NCBI GenBank assembly: GCA_965276785.1
Contig: OZ255629.1
Coordinates: forward strand, 3,020,391-3,084,390
DNA length: 64,000 bases
Origin: Acetobacteraceae bacterium
Lineage (GTDB): Bacteria > Pseudomonadota > Alphaproteobacteria > Acetobacterales > Acetobacteraceae
Direction of reading: 5' to 3'
In this document: positions 1 through 9,707 of the stretch, piece by piece
Numbering within the stretch: the first letter of the stretch is position 1
How the letters are laid out: each line of letters begins with the position of its first letter
Translations under genes and position numbers: made by a program
Notes under the pieces: model-generated
Seen by the model: only the letters and a program-made list of their open reading frames with translations
The model's database searches: none
What the model was told of the DNA's origin: nothing

Positions 1-1
1 C

Positions 2-3000
2 CTGGCCGAGCGCTACTTCCCCGACGACCCGATCACCTGCCTGATGAAGCTGCGGCAGTTCGGCGAGCTCCTCGCCCAGCAGGTCGCCGCCCGTGCCGGC
101 GTGTTGGTGGCGGTGGATGAACCGCAGTCCGACCTGCTCGGCCGGCTCCGCCGCGACACCGCCTACTCGCGCGATGTGATCGACCTGTTCCACGACCTGC
201 GCCGCACCGGCAACGAGGCGGTCCACCAGCACCGGGGGACCCACGCGACGGCGCTCGCGGGCCTCAAGGTCGCGCGGCAGCTCGCCGTCTGGTTCCACCG
301 CACGTTCGGCGACCGCACCTTCAAGCCCGGTCCCTTCCAGCCGCCGCGGCCGCCCATCGATCCCACCGTCCAACTGCGGGATGAACTCGAGCGACTGCAG
401 TCGGAGCGGCTGGCGTCCGTCTCGGTCGCTGAGGCCGCGGCCGCTGCCGCCGCCCGACAAGCCGACGACGCCCAGCGAGCGTTGCGCACCGCCGAGGAGC
501 GCGCCGCCGCCGAAGCGGAGGCGCGGGCGGTGTGGGAGGCGCTGGCGACCGAGACGGAGAGTCGGCTCCTGGCGCTCCGGGAGGAACTCGCGCGAGTTCA
601 GGCGGCTGCCGTCGCACAGCCGGCCACGCTCCAACTCCTCGCCACCGCCGCGAACGAGGCCGCCCAGGCGATCGACCTGGACGAGCAGGCCACCCGGTCC
701 CTCATCGACGGACGGCTGCGCGCCCGGGGATGGGAGGCGGACACGCCGGCGCTGCGCCATGCGGCCGGGGCGCGCCCGGTCGCAGGACGCAACCGGGCGA
801 TCGCCGAGTGGCCCACGGCGACCGGCCCGGCAGACTACGTCCTGTTCGTCGGGCTGCTGTGCGTCGGCGTCGTCGAGGCGAAGCGGGGCAGCAGGAACGT
901 ATCAGCTGCCATCGACCAGGCCGGCCGGTATAGCCAGGGCTACCTCCCCGAGCCCGGCGTCCTGCTGCCCGCCGGCGGACCCTGGCTCGCGCAGACCGGT
1001 TCCATCGACGAGCCGCCCTACCGCGTGCCGTTCCTGTTCGCCACGAACGGACGCGCCTACCTCAAGCAGCTCGAGGCGCAGTCCGGCATCTGGCACCGGG
1101 ACGCTCGGGATCCGACCAACCGGCGGCGGGCGCTGACCGACTGGCCGACGCCCGATGGCCTGAGGGCGATGCTGGATGTCGACCGCGTTGGCGCCAGCGC
1201 GGCGTTGACGACGCTGCCGTTCGACTTCGCGTTCGGGCTGCGGGATTACCAGATGCGCGGTATCCAGGCGGTCGAGGCGGCACTGGCCGACGACGACCGG
1301 CGCGCGCTGTTGCTCGCGATGGCCACCGGCACCGGAAAGACCGCGCTGGCCGTGGCGCTGCTGTATCGGCTGCTGCATACGCGGCGCTTCCGTCGGGTCT
1401 GCTTCGTGGTGGATCGCACCGCCCTCGGCGACCAGGCGAAGGACGCGTTCACCACCACCCGCATCGTCAGCGCCCGCACCTTCGCCGACATATTCGGCCT
1501 CAAGGTGCTGGGGGACGCCGCGCCCGAGCCGGACACCAAGGTCCACATCTGCACCATCCAGGGGCTGGTCAAGCGCGTGCTGTTCGCCGCCACGCCGGAG
1601 GACGTGCCGCCGGTCGACCAATACGACCTCATGCTCGTGGACGAGTGCCACCGCGGCTACACGCTGGACCGCGAGATGAGCGACGCCGAGCTCGGGTTCC
1701 GCTCCGAGGCCGATTACGTCAGCAAGTATCGTCGCGTCATCGAGCACTTCGACGCCGTCCGCATCGGCCTGACCGCGACGCCGGCCCTCCACACCACCGA
1801 GATCTTCGGCCGTCCGATCTTCACCTACGGCCTGCGGGAGGCGGTGATCGACGGCTGGCTGGTGGACCAGGAGCCGCCCATCCGCATCGAGACCGTGCTG
1901 TCCCGCGACGGCATCCACTTCCCCAAGGGCGCCGATCTGCCGCAGCTCGACCCGCTCACCGGCACGATCGACCTGACGACCGCGCCGGACGATCTCGGCT
2001 TCGAGGTCGAGAGCTTCAACCGGCGCGTCGTGACCGCCGAATTCACCCGCGTCGTCTGCGAGCAGCTGGCCGAGCACATCGACCCGGCCGACCCCGGCAA
2101 GACGCTGGTCTTCGCGGCGTCGGACGCGCATGCGGACATGGTCGTGGGCGCATTGGGGGCGGCCATGGAAGCGCGCCACGGGAAGCAGGACGAGGCGCTG
2201 ATCCGCAAGATCACCGGCAGCGTCGACAAACCCGGCACCATGATCCGGCGCTTCCGCAACGATCCCACGCCGAGGATCGCCGTCACAGTGGACCTGCTGA
2301 CCACCGGCATCGACGTGCCCAGGATCGTAAACCTCGCCTTCCTGCGCCGGGTCAGCAGCCGCATCCTCTACGACCAGATGATCGGCCGCGCGACCCGGCT
2401 ATGCCAGGAGATCGGCGGCCCCGGGATCGACAAGGAGAGCTTCCGCGTGTTCGACGCAGTGCGCCAGTCGGAGGCGATCGGCGACCTGACGGAGATGAAG
2501 CCGGTGGTGGTCAACCCGTCGCTGTCCTTCACCCAGCTGCTGGAGGAGATGGCGCGGGTGACGGACCCGGAGCAGCGCGCCCTGGTCAGGGATCAGCTGC
2601 TGGTCCGCCTACGCCGGCGGGTCGCCCGGTTGTCGCCACAGGCGGCAGAGCAGTTCGCGGTCGCCGCGGGGGAGACGCCGGCCGAGACCCTCGCCCGCGT
2701 GCGCACCGCCGACCCCGCGGACCTCGCCACTTGGGTCGCCGCGCGCCCCGGCCTCGGCAGGGTCCTGGACTGGCAGCCGGATGCCGGCCGCCCGGTGCCG
2801 CTGGCCGTGTCGTTCCACCCGGATGCGCACGTCGCCACCACCATCGGCTACGGCGCCGCCGGCCGGCCCGAGGACTACCTCGAGGCGTTCGGCGCGTTCC
2901 TGCGGGCCAACGAGAACGGGCTGGCCGCCCTCTCGCTGGTGCTGCGCCGCCCCCGCGACCTGACGCAGGCCGACCTGCGGGCGCTGGCCTTGGCGCTGCA

Positions 3001-3373
3001 GGAGGCCGGGTTCTCCGAGACTGCGCTGCGTTCCGCCTGGCGGGAGGCCAAGCAGGCGGACGTCGCGGCCAAGCTGATCGGCTTCGTGCGCCAGGCGGCG
3101 CTCGGCGATGCGCTGGAGCCCTGGGCCGTCCGCGTGCAGCGCGCCGTTGAGGCCGTCATCAAGCGCGCGAGCCTCACGCCCCAGCAGCAACAATGGCTGA
3201 GGCGCATCGGCACGCAGGTGGCCGAGATTGGCGTGGCCGACCCGGCGGCGCTCGACCAAGGGCAGTTTCGCGAGGCGGCGGGCGGCTTCACCCGGCTGGA
3301 CCGCGTGTTCGGCGGCAGGTTGGCCGGATTGCTGGGCGACATCAACGAGGCGGCGTGGAAGGATACGGCATGA
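2..3373 (+). CDS. hsdR: Type I restriction enzyme R subunit (HsdR), 5'-truncated by the window edge. It has an N-terminal DUF4145-like/coiled-coil extension, a PD-(D/E)xK nuclease, an SF2 helicase and an EcoEI-R-like C-terminal region.
   Basis: The frame is open to nt 2 (LAERYFPDDPITCLMKLRQFGE). Motifs read in ORF 44..3373: ADYVLF...VVEAKR (nuclease), LLLAMATGTGKT (motif I), VDECHRGY (motif II), GLTATP (motif III), QMIGRATR (motif VI). hsdM and hsdS follow directly. Confidence 0.92.
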   Translation: MAERYFPDDPITCLMKLRQFGELLAQQVAARAGVLVAVDEPQSDLLGRLRRDTAYSRDVIDLFHDLRRTGNEAVHQHRGTHATALAGLKVARQLAVWFHRTFGDRTFKPGPFQPPRPPIDPTVQLRDELERLQSERLASVSVAEAAAAAAARQADDAQRALRTAEERAAAEAEARAVWEALATETESRLLALREELARVQAAAVAQPATLQLLATAANEAAQAIDLDEQATRSLIDGRLRARGWEADTPALRHAAGARPVAGRNRAIAEWPTATGPADYVLFVGLLCVGVVEAKRGSRNVSAAIDQAGRYSQGYLPEPGVLLPAGGPWLAQTGSIDEPPYRVPFLFATNGRAYLKQLEAQSGIWHRDARDPTNRRRALTDWPTPDGLRAMLDVDRVGASAALTTLPFDFAFGLRDYQMRGIQAVEAALADDDRRALLLAMATGTGKTALAVALLYRLLHTRRFRRVCFVVDRTALGDQAKDAFTTTRIVSARTFADIFGLKVLGDAAPEPDTKVHICTIQGLVKRVLFAATPEDVPPVDQYDLMLVDECHRGYTLDREMSDAELGFRSEADYVSKYRRVIEHFDAVRIGLTATPALHTTEIFGRPIFTYGLREAVIDGWLVDQEPPIRIETVLSRDGIHFPKGADLPQLDPLTGTIDLTTAPDDLGFEVESFNRRVVTAEFTRVVCEQLAEHIDPADPGKTLVFAASDAHADMVVGALGAAMEARHGKQDEALIRKITGSVDKPGTMIRRFRNDPTPRIAVTVDLLTTGIDVPRIVNLAFLRRVSSRILYDQMIGRATRLCQEIGGPGIDKESFRVFDAVRQSEAIGDLTEMKPVVVNPSLSFTQLLEEMARVTDPEQRALVRDQLLVRLRRRVARLSPQAAEQFAVAAGETPAETLARVRTADPADLATWVAARPGLGRVLDWQPDAGRPVPLAVSFHPDAHVATTIGYGAAGRPEDYLEAFGAFLRANENGLAALSLVLRRPRDLTQADLRALALALQEAGFSETALRSAWREAKQADVAAKLIGFVRQAALGDALEPWAVRVQRAVEAVIKRASLTPQQQQWLRRIGTQVAEIGVADPAALDQGQFREAAGGFTRLDRVFGGRLAGLLGDINEAAWKDTA

Positions 3374-3383
3374 GGGAGTGGGC

Positions 3384-4868
3384 ATGAGCGAATCACGAGC
3401 GGTTGTCGGGGTGACCCGGGACATCGTCCAGAAGCTGTGGCGCCTATGCGACATCCTCCGCGACGACGGCATCACCTACCAGGCCTACGTCACCGAGCTG
3501 ACCCACCTGCTGTTCCTCAAGATGCTGGCCGAGACGCAGCGCGAGGCGACCCTGCCGGCAGACTCGCGCTGGGCCAGCCTGACCAGCCGCCAGGGCGAGG
3601 CGCTGCTGATGCATTACCGCGCGCTGCTGCTGCGCCTCGGCACCGAGGGCGCCGGCACCGTCCGCACCATCTTCACCGACGCCCAGACCAGCCTACGCAA
3701 GCCGACCAACCTGCACGAGCTGGTCATGCAGATCGACCGGTTGGACTGGTATTCGGCCAAGGCGGAGGGCCTGGGCGACCTCTACGAGGGCTTGCTGGAG
3801 AAGAACGCTGGCGAGAAGAAGTCCGGCGCCGGGCAGTATTTCACGCCGCGCCCGCTGATCGACTGCATGGTCCGCCTGCTGCAGCCGCAGCCGGGCGAGG
3901 TGGTGCAGGACCCGGCCGCCGGTACCGGCGGCTTCCTGGTCGCCGCCGACCGCGCCATCAAGGACCGCACCGACGACCTGTTCGCGCTCAAGACCGAGGC
4001 CGAGCGCCGCTTCCAGCGCGAGGAGGCGTTCCGCGGGCTGGAGCTGGTGCCTGACACGCACCGGCTGCTGCTGATGAACCTGATGCTGCACGGCATCGGC
4101 GGTGACCTGGTGCGCGGCGGCGACGCCATGGGGCCGGACGGCGAGGCGCTGGGCCCAGCCGACCTGATCCTGACCAACCCGCCCTTCGGCACCAAGAAGG
4201 GCGGCGGCCGCCCCGCGCGGCCGGATTTCACCATCACCGCCGACACCAGCAACAAGCAGCTCGCTTTCGTGGAGCACGTGGTCCGCGCACTTCGTCCCGG
4301 TGGACGCGCTGGCATCGTCGTGCCGGATAACGTGCTGTTCGCCGACGGTGCCGGGCGGGAGCTGCGCCGCTGGCTGATGGACGTGGCCGACCTGCACACC
4401 ATCCTGCGTCTGCCCACCGGTATCTTCTACGCCCAGGGTGTCAAGACGAACGTGCTGTTCCTGCGCCGCGGCCCTGCCCGAGCGGCCAAGGCCAACACGC
4501 CGGCGGTGTGGGTCTACGACATGCGCGCCGGCCAGCCCGCCTACGGCAGGACGCGCCCGTTGCGAGCCGACGACTTCGCCGCATTCGAGACCTCCTACGG
4601 CGACGATCCGAACGGCACCGCTGCGCGCGAGGACCAGGGCGCCGAAGGCCGCTTCCGCCGCTTCACCCGCGCCGAGATCGAGGCCCGCGGTGACAACCTC
4701 GACATCGCCTGGCTTCGCGGCAGCGACGAGGCCGGCGAGGATGCGCTGGAGGAGCCGGAGGATATCCTGGAGGCAATGCGAATACACCTGGCGCGGGCGC
4801 TGGCGGAGGTGGACGCGCTGGCTGCGGAGTTCGTTGACGTGCCCGCGTTAAACGCGGCTGCAGAATGA
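3384..4868 (+). CDS. hsdM: Type I R-M N6-adenine DNA methyltransferase subunit (HsdM)
   Basis: ATG at 3384 lies 11 nt after the hsdR stop. The N-terminus (IVQKLWRLCDILRDDGITYQAYVTELTHLLFLKML) is HsdM-like, with an AdoMet motif VQDPAAGTGGFLV and catalytic LTNPPFG. Confidence 0.93.
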   Translation: MSESRAVVGVTRDIVQKLWRLCDILRDDGITYQAYVTELTHLLFLKMLAETQREATLPADSRWASLTSRQGEALLMHYRALLLRLGTEGAGTVRTIFTDAQTSLRKPTNLHELVMQIDRLDWYSAKAEGLGDLYEGLLEKNAGEKKSGAGQYFTPRPLIDCMVRLLQPQPGEVVQDPAAGTGGFLVAADRAIKDRTDDLFALKTEAERRFQREEAFRGLELVPDTHRLLLMNLMLHGIGGDLVRGGDAMGPDGEALGPADLILTNPPFGTKKGGGRPARPDFTITADTSNKQLAFVEHVVRALRPGGRAGIVVPDNVLFADGAGRELRRWLMDVADLHTILRLPTGIFYAQGVKTNVLFLRRGPARAAKANTPAVWVYDMRAGQPAYGRTRPLRADDFAAFETSYGDDPNGTAAREDQGAEGRFRRFTRAEIEARGDNLDIAWLRGSDEAGEDALEEPEDILEAMRIHLARALAEVDALAAEFVDVPALNAAAE

Positions 4869-6172
4869 GTGATCGCCTTCCGGCAGGCTGGTCCAAGCCG
4901 TGTCTCTCAGACATCGCGGAACTTCAACTTGGCAAGATGCTCGACCGGGCGAAGAACTTCACCGGCCAATCGATGCCGTATCTTCGGAACGTCAATATCC
5001 GATGGGGCTCGATCGAGACGGGTGATCTGTACAACATGCGGTTCACAGATGCGGAGGCGACGCGCTTCTCCGTTCGCGACGGTGACGTTTTAGTCTGTGA
5101 GGGAGGAGAGCCGGGGCGTTGCGCGATTTGGCAAGGAGGCCCCACCAGCCTGAAGTTCCAGAAGGCCATCCACCGCATCCGTCCAAGCGGGCGCGTCCTT
5201 TCCGGATGGATTGCATTGTTCCTCCGGCATGAGGCCCTGCATGACCGGCTAGCTGGCCACTTCACCGGAACAACGATCAAGCATCTACCAGCTCAAGCGC
5301 TGGCAGCTATCCGTCTGCCAGTCCCACCCCTGGCCGAGCAACGCCGGATCGTGGCGCGGATCGAGGCGCTGTCCGCCCGTACCCGCCGCGCCCGCGCCGA
5401 CCTCGAACGCATCGCGCCGCTGTGCCGCCGGCACCGTGACCGTACCCTGGCCAACGCATTCGACATCGGCAAGTCCACTCTCGTTGCAGAGTTGGCCTCG
5501 GCAGTCTTCGATGGTCCATTCGGCTCCAATCTCAAGTCGGATGACTACACCGCCAGTGGAACTCGAGTTGTTCGTCTAGAGAACATTGGCCACCTCCGCT
5601 TCATTGGTGACAAGGAGACCTTCATCACGGACGAGAAGGCCGACGGTCTCCGCCGACATCATCTCCACCCCGACGATGTTCTGTTCTCATCCTTCATAGA
5701 CAAGGAGGTTCGGGTATGCCTGTTCCCTCCTGGTCAGCCAACGAATGCAATCAACAAGGCCGACTGCTTCTGCGTCCGCGTTGATCCCAAGCGCGCCGAC
5801 CCGCGTTATGTCGCACTTCGCCTCGCCTCTCCGGTGACCTATGACGACATGCGGGATGCCGTCCACGGCGCGACGAGACCGCGGATCGGCATCACCGACC
5901 TGAAGCAATACGTCATCAACGCGCCGTCAGTCGCCGAACAGACGTCCATAGCGGACCGGGTCGAACGGCAGCACGGCATGTCCAACACCATCCATCGGGA
6001 GGCCACCCGTGCCCTCGCCCTCCTCGACCGCCTCGAACAGAGCATCCTCGCTCGCGCCTTCCGCGGTGAACTCGTGCCAGTTCACCTATCGGACACTGTG
6101 CCGGACGCCGCGCCGGTAAGTGCGTCGCCGACATCGGTCAGTCCGCGACGATTACAACGCGTCTCTGCTTAG
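4865..6172 (+). CDS. hsdS: Type I R-M specificity subunit (HsdS) with two target-recognition domains
   Basis: ATGA start/stop overlap with hsdM. N-terminus LPAGWSKPCLSDIAELQLGKMLD. The conserved spacer helices LPVPPLAEQRRIVARIEAL and APSVAEQTSIADRVE...LEQSILARAFRGELV are typical of HsdS. Confidence 0.9.
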   Translation: MSDRLPAGWSKPCLSDIAELQLGKMLDRAKNFTGQSMPYLRNVNIRWGSIETGDLYNMRFTDAEATRFSVRDGDVLVCEGGEPGRCAIWQGGPTSLKFQKAIHRIRPSGRVLSGWIALFLRHEALHDRLAGHFTGTTIKHLPAQALAAIRLPVPPLAEQRRIVARIEALSARTRRARADLERIAPLCRRHRDRTLANAFDIGKSTLVAELASAVFDGPFGSNLKSDDYTASGTRVVRLENIGHLRFIGDKETFITDEKADGLRRHHLHPDDVLFSSFIDKEVRVCLFPPGQPTNAINKADCFCVRVDPKRADPRYVALRLASPVTYDDMRDAVHGATRPRIGITDLKQYVINAPSVAEQTSIADRVERQHGMSNTIHREATRALALLDRLEQSILARAFRGELVPVHLSDTVPDAAPVSASPTSVSPRRLQRVSA

Positions 6173-6220
6173 CCGGGCGAGAACGATAGGGATCGCGCCT
6201 GTCCTGAGCTAGCAAGACAC

Positions 6221-7846
6221 ATGCTCAACCCTGATCCGAATGTGGAGTCGAACGCTCACGAGCGTTCCCGCGCCGGCCTCCAACATTGGCCCGACGAGAT
6301 CTGCTCCGACTATCCCGTTGCTTATGTCAGAATGACGACGCTGCGCGTCGATGACGATACCCACCTTCTGTTCGGCTGCGTGGAGTTGCTGCCCCGGGAG
6401 ATCGCGCCCCTGCCAAGCCACCAGGCGCCACGCCTGAACCTCCCGCGCGGCGCGACTGCGATGAGCAGCCTCACCGTGCTCGCCACGGACGCTGCGCTGC
6501 GCTGGTACGAGAGCGTTCTCGCCGGTGCTATCAGTATTCCAGGGACGACTGGACCGGCCATCGTCCGCACGGTCCGCCTCGCCCCGGAGCCGCGCCTTGG
6601 CGATCTGGTCGTAGCCAGGACGCCCACGGTTCCGGTGGCCTGGACCTCAGGACCGAGGATGCACCGCATGGTTCCCATGGAGCCACTGCCCGACGGGATG
6701 GCGGCATTGCTGACGCCGACATCAGGCAGTTCGGCGCTTCGCGACTGGATGCTCGAACATTGCTTCATTGACCTTGCCGCGCACCCGGACTGCGCAGGCG
6801 GGCTCGTTCTGCTCGCGGCCAATCCGATCATCCGGCATGTGTCGGAGTATCCCTTGCGCAAGCTCCCGGATGGCCGGGAGGTCCTCGGGATCAGGCTGGT
6901 TCCGCGTCTCGGCTGCTCCCTTGAGACAGTGAAGGTGCGCCTCTCCGAAATACGGCCTGATGGCATTGGACTTGCGCAAGAAGTCGCGCTTGACGCGTTT
7001 GGCGAAGCCGAGGTGACCCTGTCGCAAGAAGCCCTGGACACCGCGCTGGAGGTGAGTTGTTCCCGTCGCGGGTTGCTGCATGTGGCTCCGCACACGGGGT
7101 TTCTTCGATCGATCGGCTTCGAGATGAGACCGGTGCGCGCCACGATGTCCGTGGAGGTGCCCGCGAGGACCAAGACGCAGGCTGGAAGCCGCTACGATGT
7201 TCCGGTTGCGGACAGCCGGCTGAACGGTGCGGGCCAGATAGGCAGGCCCGCCGAGACCGGAGCCGCTTCCAGGCTCGCGTCGCTGCTCGCGGCTCGAGCC
7301 CAGCCGGTAGGCAGGATCGCGGAGCAGGTCGTGTTCCGCGATGATCGACCATTCGCCGTTACGTTCGTCCGCGGGCTTGTCGCGCACGCCCATTCGCGCG
7401 CGCTCTTCGTCGACCCCTACTTCAGCTTCGATGACATACGCGATTTTGCGCTATCAGCCTGGTCGGGATCGTGCATCGTGAGCGTTCTGACGAGCGTGCG
7501 CGTCGGTTGGACCAAGCGGGTCCAACACTTGGCCACCGAGCAGCCGCACGGCGACATGATGATTGCGGACCTCGAGCAGATCAATCGCATCCGGAATGGC
7601 AGCGGACTGTCTTCAGTCGAGGTCGGCATCATGGGAGAGCCGGGCATCCACGATCGGTTCTTGGTGGTGGACGACGCGGTCTGGCACTTCGGTGATTCAT
7701 TCAGATCACTGGGTGGCGCATTGTCCATGGCCTCCAAGGTCCGTGATATGCCGTCGCTCTTGCCCATGCTGCTCGACGCCCAGGCCAGGGCGACAGCGTT
7801 CGCCGAATATTGGGCGCGGGCGAACCATGGGAGTTCCGCAGCTTGA
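6221..7846 (+). CDS. Hypothetical protein (541 aa) with a C-terminal PLD-fold-like module carrying an HDR motif. First gene of the uncharacterised operon (ORF A).
   Basis: Long ORF with G/C-rich third positions, starting 49 nt after the hsdS stop. C-terminal ALFVDPYFSFDDI ... GIHDRFLVVDDAVWHFGDSFRSLG (HDR codons at 7649-7657). The start is uncertain; alternative ATGs are at 6332 and 6461. Confidence 0.6.
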   Translation: MLNPDPNVESNAHERSRAGLQHWPDEICSDYPVAYVRMTTLRVDDDTHLLFGCVELLPREIAPLPSHQAPRLNLPRGATAMSSLTVLATDAALRWYESVLAGAISIPGTTGPAIVRTVRLAPEPRLGDLVVARTPTVPVAWTSGPRMHRMVPMEPLPDGMAALLTPTSGSSALRDWMLEHCFIDLAAHPDCAGGLVLLAANPIIRHVSEYPLRKLPDGREVLGIRLVPRLGCSLETVKVRLSEIRPDGIGLAQEVALDAFGEAEVTLSQEALDTALEVSCSRRGLLHVAPHTGFLRSIGFEMRPVRATMSVEVPARTKTQAGSRYDVPVADSRLNGAGQIGRPAETGAASRLASLLAARAQPVGRIAEQVVFRDDRPFAVTFVRGLVAHAHSRALFVDPYFSFDDIRDFALSAWSGSCIVSVLTSVRVGWTKRVQHLATEQPHGDMMIADLEQINRIRNGSGLSSVEVGIMGEPGIHDRFLVVDDAVWHFGDSFRSLGGALSMASKVRDMPSLLPMLLDAQARATAFAEYWARANHGSSAA

Positions 7847-7989
7847 CCGCGGACGCGTCCGCCCTCGGCTCGATCGAGGCCTGGTTCATGCGGCACGAAG
7901 TCGACCTCGCGCTCGCGTCTTGCGAGGACAGGGAGATGGCCCCTGAGCAGCGGGCGAGCTGGACGCCCTGGTGCGGACCGCCAGCCTAA
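7843..7989 (+). CDS. Possible 48-codon ORF bridging ORF A and ORF B. It is either a separate small gene or the displaced 5' end of ORF B.
   Basis: It is not in the ORF track because it is under 60 aa. My own translation is LTADASALGSIEAWFMRHEVDLALASCEDREMAPEQRASWTPWCGPPA. Third positions are almost all G/C. The TTG overlaps the ORF A stop (TTGA), and an internal ATG sits at 7888. Its end overlaps the ORF B GTG by 19 nt. Confidence 0.3.
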   Translation: MTADASALGSIEAWFMRHEVDLALASCEDREMAPEQRASWTPWCGPPA

Positions 7990-9707
7990 GTGCGAATCGC
8001 CCCCAGCCCGACGCGCACGGCTCTGGTCCGTGGCCAGGCCACGCCGACGATGGAGCCGACACGCTCGTGGGCCGTGCCTTGGGCGCCTGCTTCGCGAGGG
8101 CGCCGGGCACGCGTTTGCTCGACGCCGCGGCTGGCATCCTGCGCTCGGATGCCGGCTGGCGCGCGTTCGCCGCCACCGCTGCGGATGAGGTGAGGTCGGA
8201 CTCGGCAAGGTTGGCCGCGTTGGAGACGTACCTGGAAGGGTTGGTCCACGCGTTCACCTGGGCGCCCCGTAGGATCGTCTATGCGCACCGGGACAACATG
8301 TGCGCGCTCGTGGAGCGGTTCCGTCAGCAGCCCCGGCTGGACGATGTTTGGCCGAGCCCACACTTCAGGATCATGCTCGTCAAGCATGAGCCGGCGTTCG
8401 ATGTCTTGAGGTTGAGCGACCCGGCCGGGTTCCTGAGAATGCTCGATCGTTTCCCGCATCCCGAACCCAGCCGGCACATCCTCGCATATTCGTCGGATCG
8501 CTTGAATATGGCCGAGCTGCTGGGCCTGCTGGAGCTCGCCAGACCATGCTTCGACGGTGGCGCTTGGCTGCCCTGGATCAAGGCTCCCGTCCTGGTCCTC
8601 GCGGCGGTCGAGCAGAACCTGGCGGCACTCGCTGATGGGGGAGACGATGATGGCTCCATTCCGTCGGAGGCGTTCGCGTCTGCCACTGCGAAGGCTGTGG
8701 GCGCGGTCTTGGAGAGGGCCGATGGGAATAATCTCGGCCACGGCTGGCTACAGCGATTGATGCATCGGGGTGCCTTCCGTGCTGGCCGTGGGGCGGCGAA
8801 CGACCGCCCGAGCATTTGGCTGCAGCACTTGATGCTCGAACTCGCCTCGGCATTGTCAACGAGGCAAGACGCCCTCCAGTGGATCCGGGCCGAACATGAA
8901 GTCTGGCGACGCGACCGCGCCGTGGCGGCCATCTCGGCGGCGGGATTGGGCGAGGTAAGCAGCCCGGCCGCGGCGGCGACTCTCATCCGGGAGGTCCTCG
9001 GTCTCGGTCTCCATACCACGGGCCAGGAGGATGGCTTTGGCGCTTCGTCGAATGCGGAGCGACGGCTCATGGCAGCAGTGGTTGGCCGCCATCCCGACCC
9101 CGCCGCATGGTTCGAGGAGCTGTGGCGCTCCATGGCGCCAATCCGGGACCGAGCCCGGCACACGACGACGTCGGCAGGCGGGCACGCCGGTGACGCCACC
9201 GTCATAGCGGTGACGTGGTTCATGTTCGGCTTGGACGCCGTCGACCCTCGCGCGCCGGCATACCGCGCACTCTGGAGGGCACTGCTTCGAGCGGTGCGGG
9301 AATGCGCCGTCGCACAGACCTCACCGCTCGCTCAACCTGCGTGGCGGGCACGCTACCAACTCCTGGCCGCGCATCTCGCACATCGGCTTGGGGATGCTGC
9401 GGACGAAGCGGCGGCCGACGACCTTCGGGAATTGCTTGAACCGTTGCTATACCTTGACATGACCCTGGCCGAGGTCGTGCACGTGCTGTTCGACGCGAGG
9501 GTCGCGCCGAGCGCAATCGCGATCGCTGCCGGTCAGACCGAACGTCTCGTGGGATTGTTGCGGCGCCTTGAGGTAGAACAGGCCTGGCGGGAAGAGAGGC
9601 AGCAGGAACAACTCGGCCGTCAGACCCGGTTCTCAGAGACGATCGCGCGGATGGCCGACGCTATCGAGGGTGCAGCCTCGCCACAGCATGACCCGGACGG
9701 AGGATGA
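7971..9707 (+). CDS. Hypothetical alpha-helical protein (578 aa), no recognisable motif (ORF B)
   Basis: Long ORF co-directional with ORF A and ORF C. GTG at 7971 is the first canonical start after an in-frame stop at 7944-7946. The composition is Leu/Ala/Arg-rich. Confidence 0.6.
   Translation: MRTASLSANRPQPDAHGSGPWPGHADDGADTLVGRALGACFARAPGTRLLDAAAGILRSDAGWRAFAATAADEVRSDSARLAALETYLEGLVHAFTWAPRRIVYAHRDNMCALVERFRQQPRLDDVWPSPHFRIMLVKHEPAFDVLRLSDPAGFLRMLDRFPHPEPSRHILAYSSDRLNMAELLGLLELARPCFDGGAWLPWIKAPVLVLAAVEQNLAALADGGDDDGSIPSEAFASATAKAVGAVLERADGNNLGHGWLQRLMHRGAFRAGRGAANDRPSIWLQHLMLELASALSTRQDALQWIRAEHEVWRRDRAVAAISAAGLGEVSSPAAAATLIREVLGLGLHTTGQEDGFGASSNAERRLMAAVVGRHPDPAAWFEELWRSMAPIRDRARHTTTSAGGHAGDATVIAVTWFMFGLDAVDPRAPAYRALWRALLRAVRECAVAQTSPLAQPAWRARYQLLAAHLAHRLGDAADEAAADDLRELLEPLLYLDMTLAEVVHVLFDARVAPSAIAIAAGQTERLVGLLRRLEVEQAWREERQQEQLGRQTRFSETIARMADAIEGAASPQHDPDGG

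Noticed and set aside
902-2179. A 425-aa minus-strand ORF inside hsdR. Similar long antisense or off-frame ORFs include 3693..4787(-), 6322..7173(-), 31207..32439(-), 31700..32653(-), 32681..33928(-), 37650..38774(+), 60088..61131(-) and 61686..63233(-).
   Set aside because: They lie antisense to, or out of frame with, genes that have clear family motifs. Their translations are Arg/Gly/Pro/Ala-rich low-complexity strings typical of stop-poor alternative frames in GC-rich DNA.
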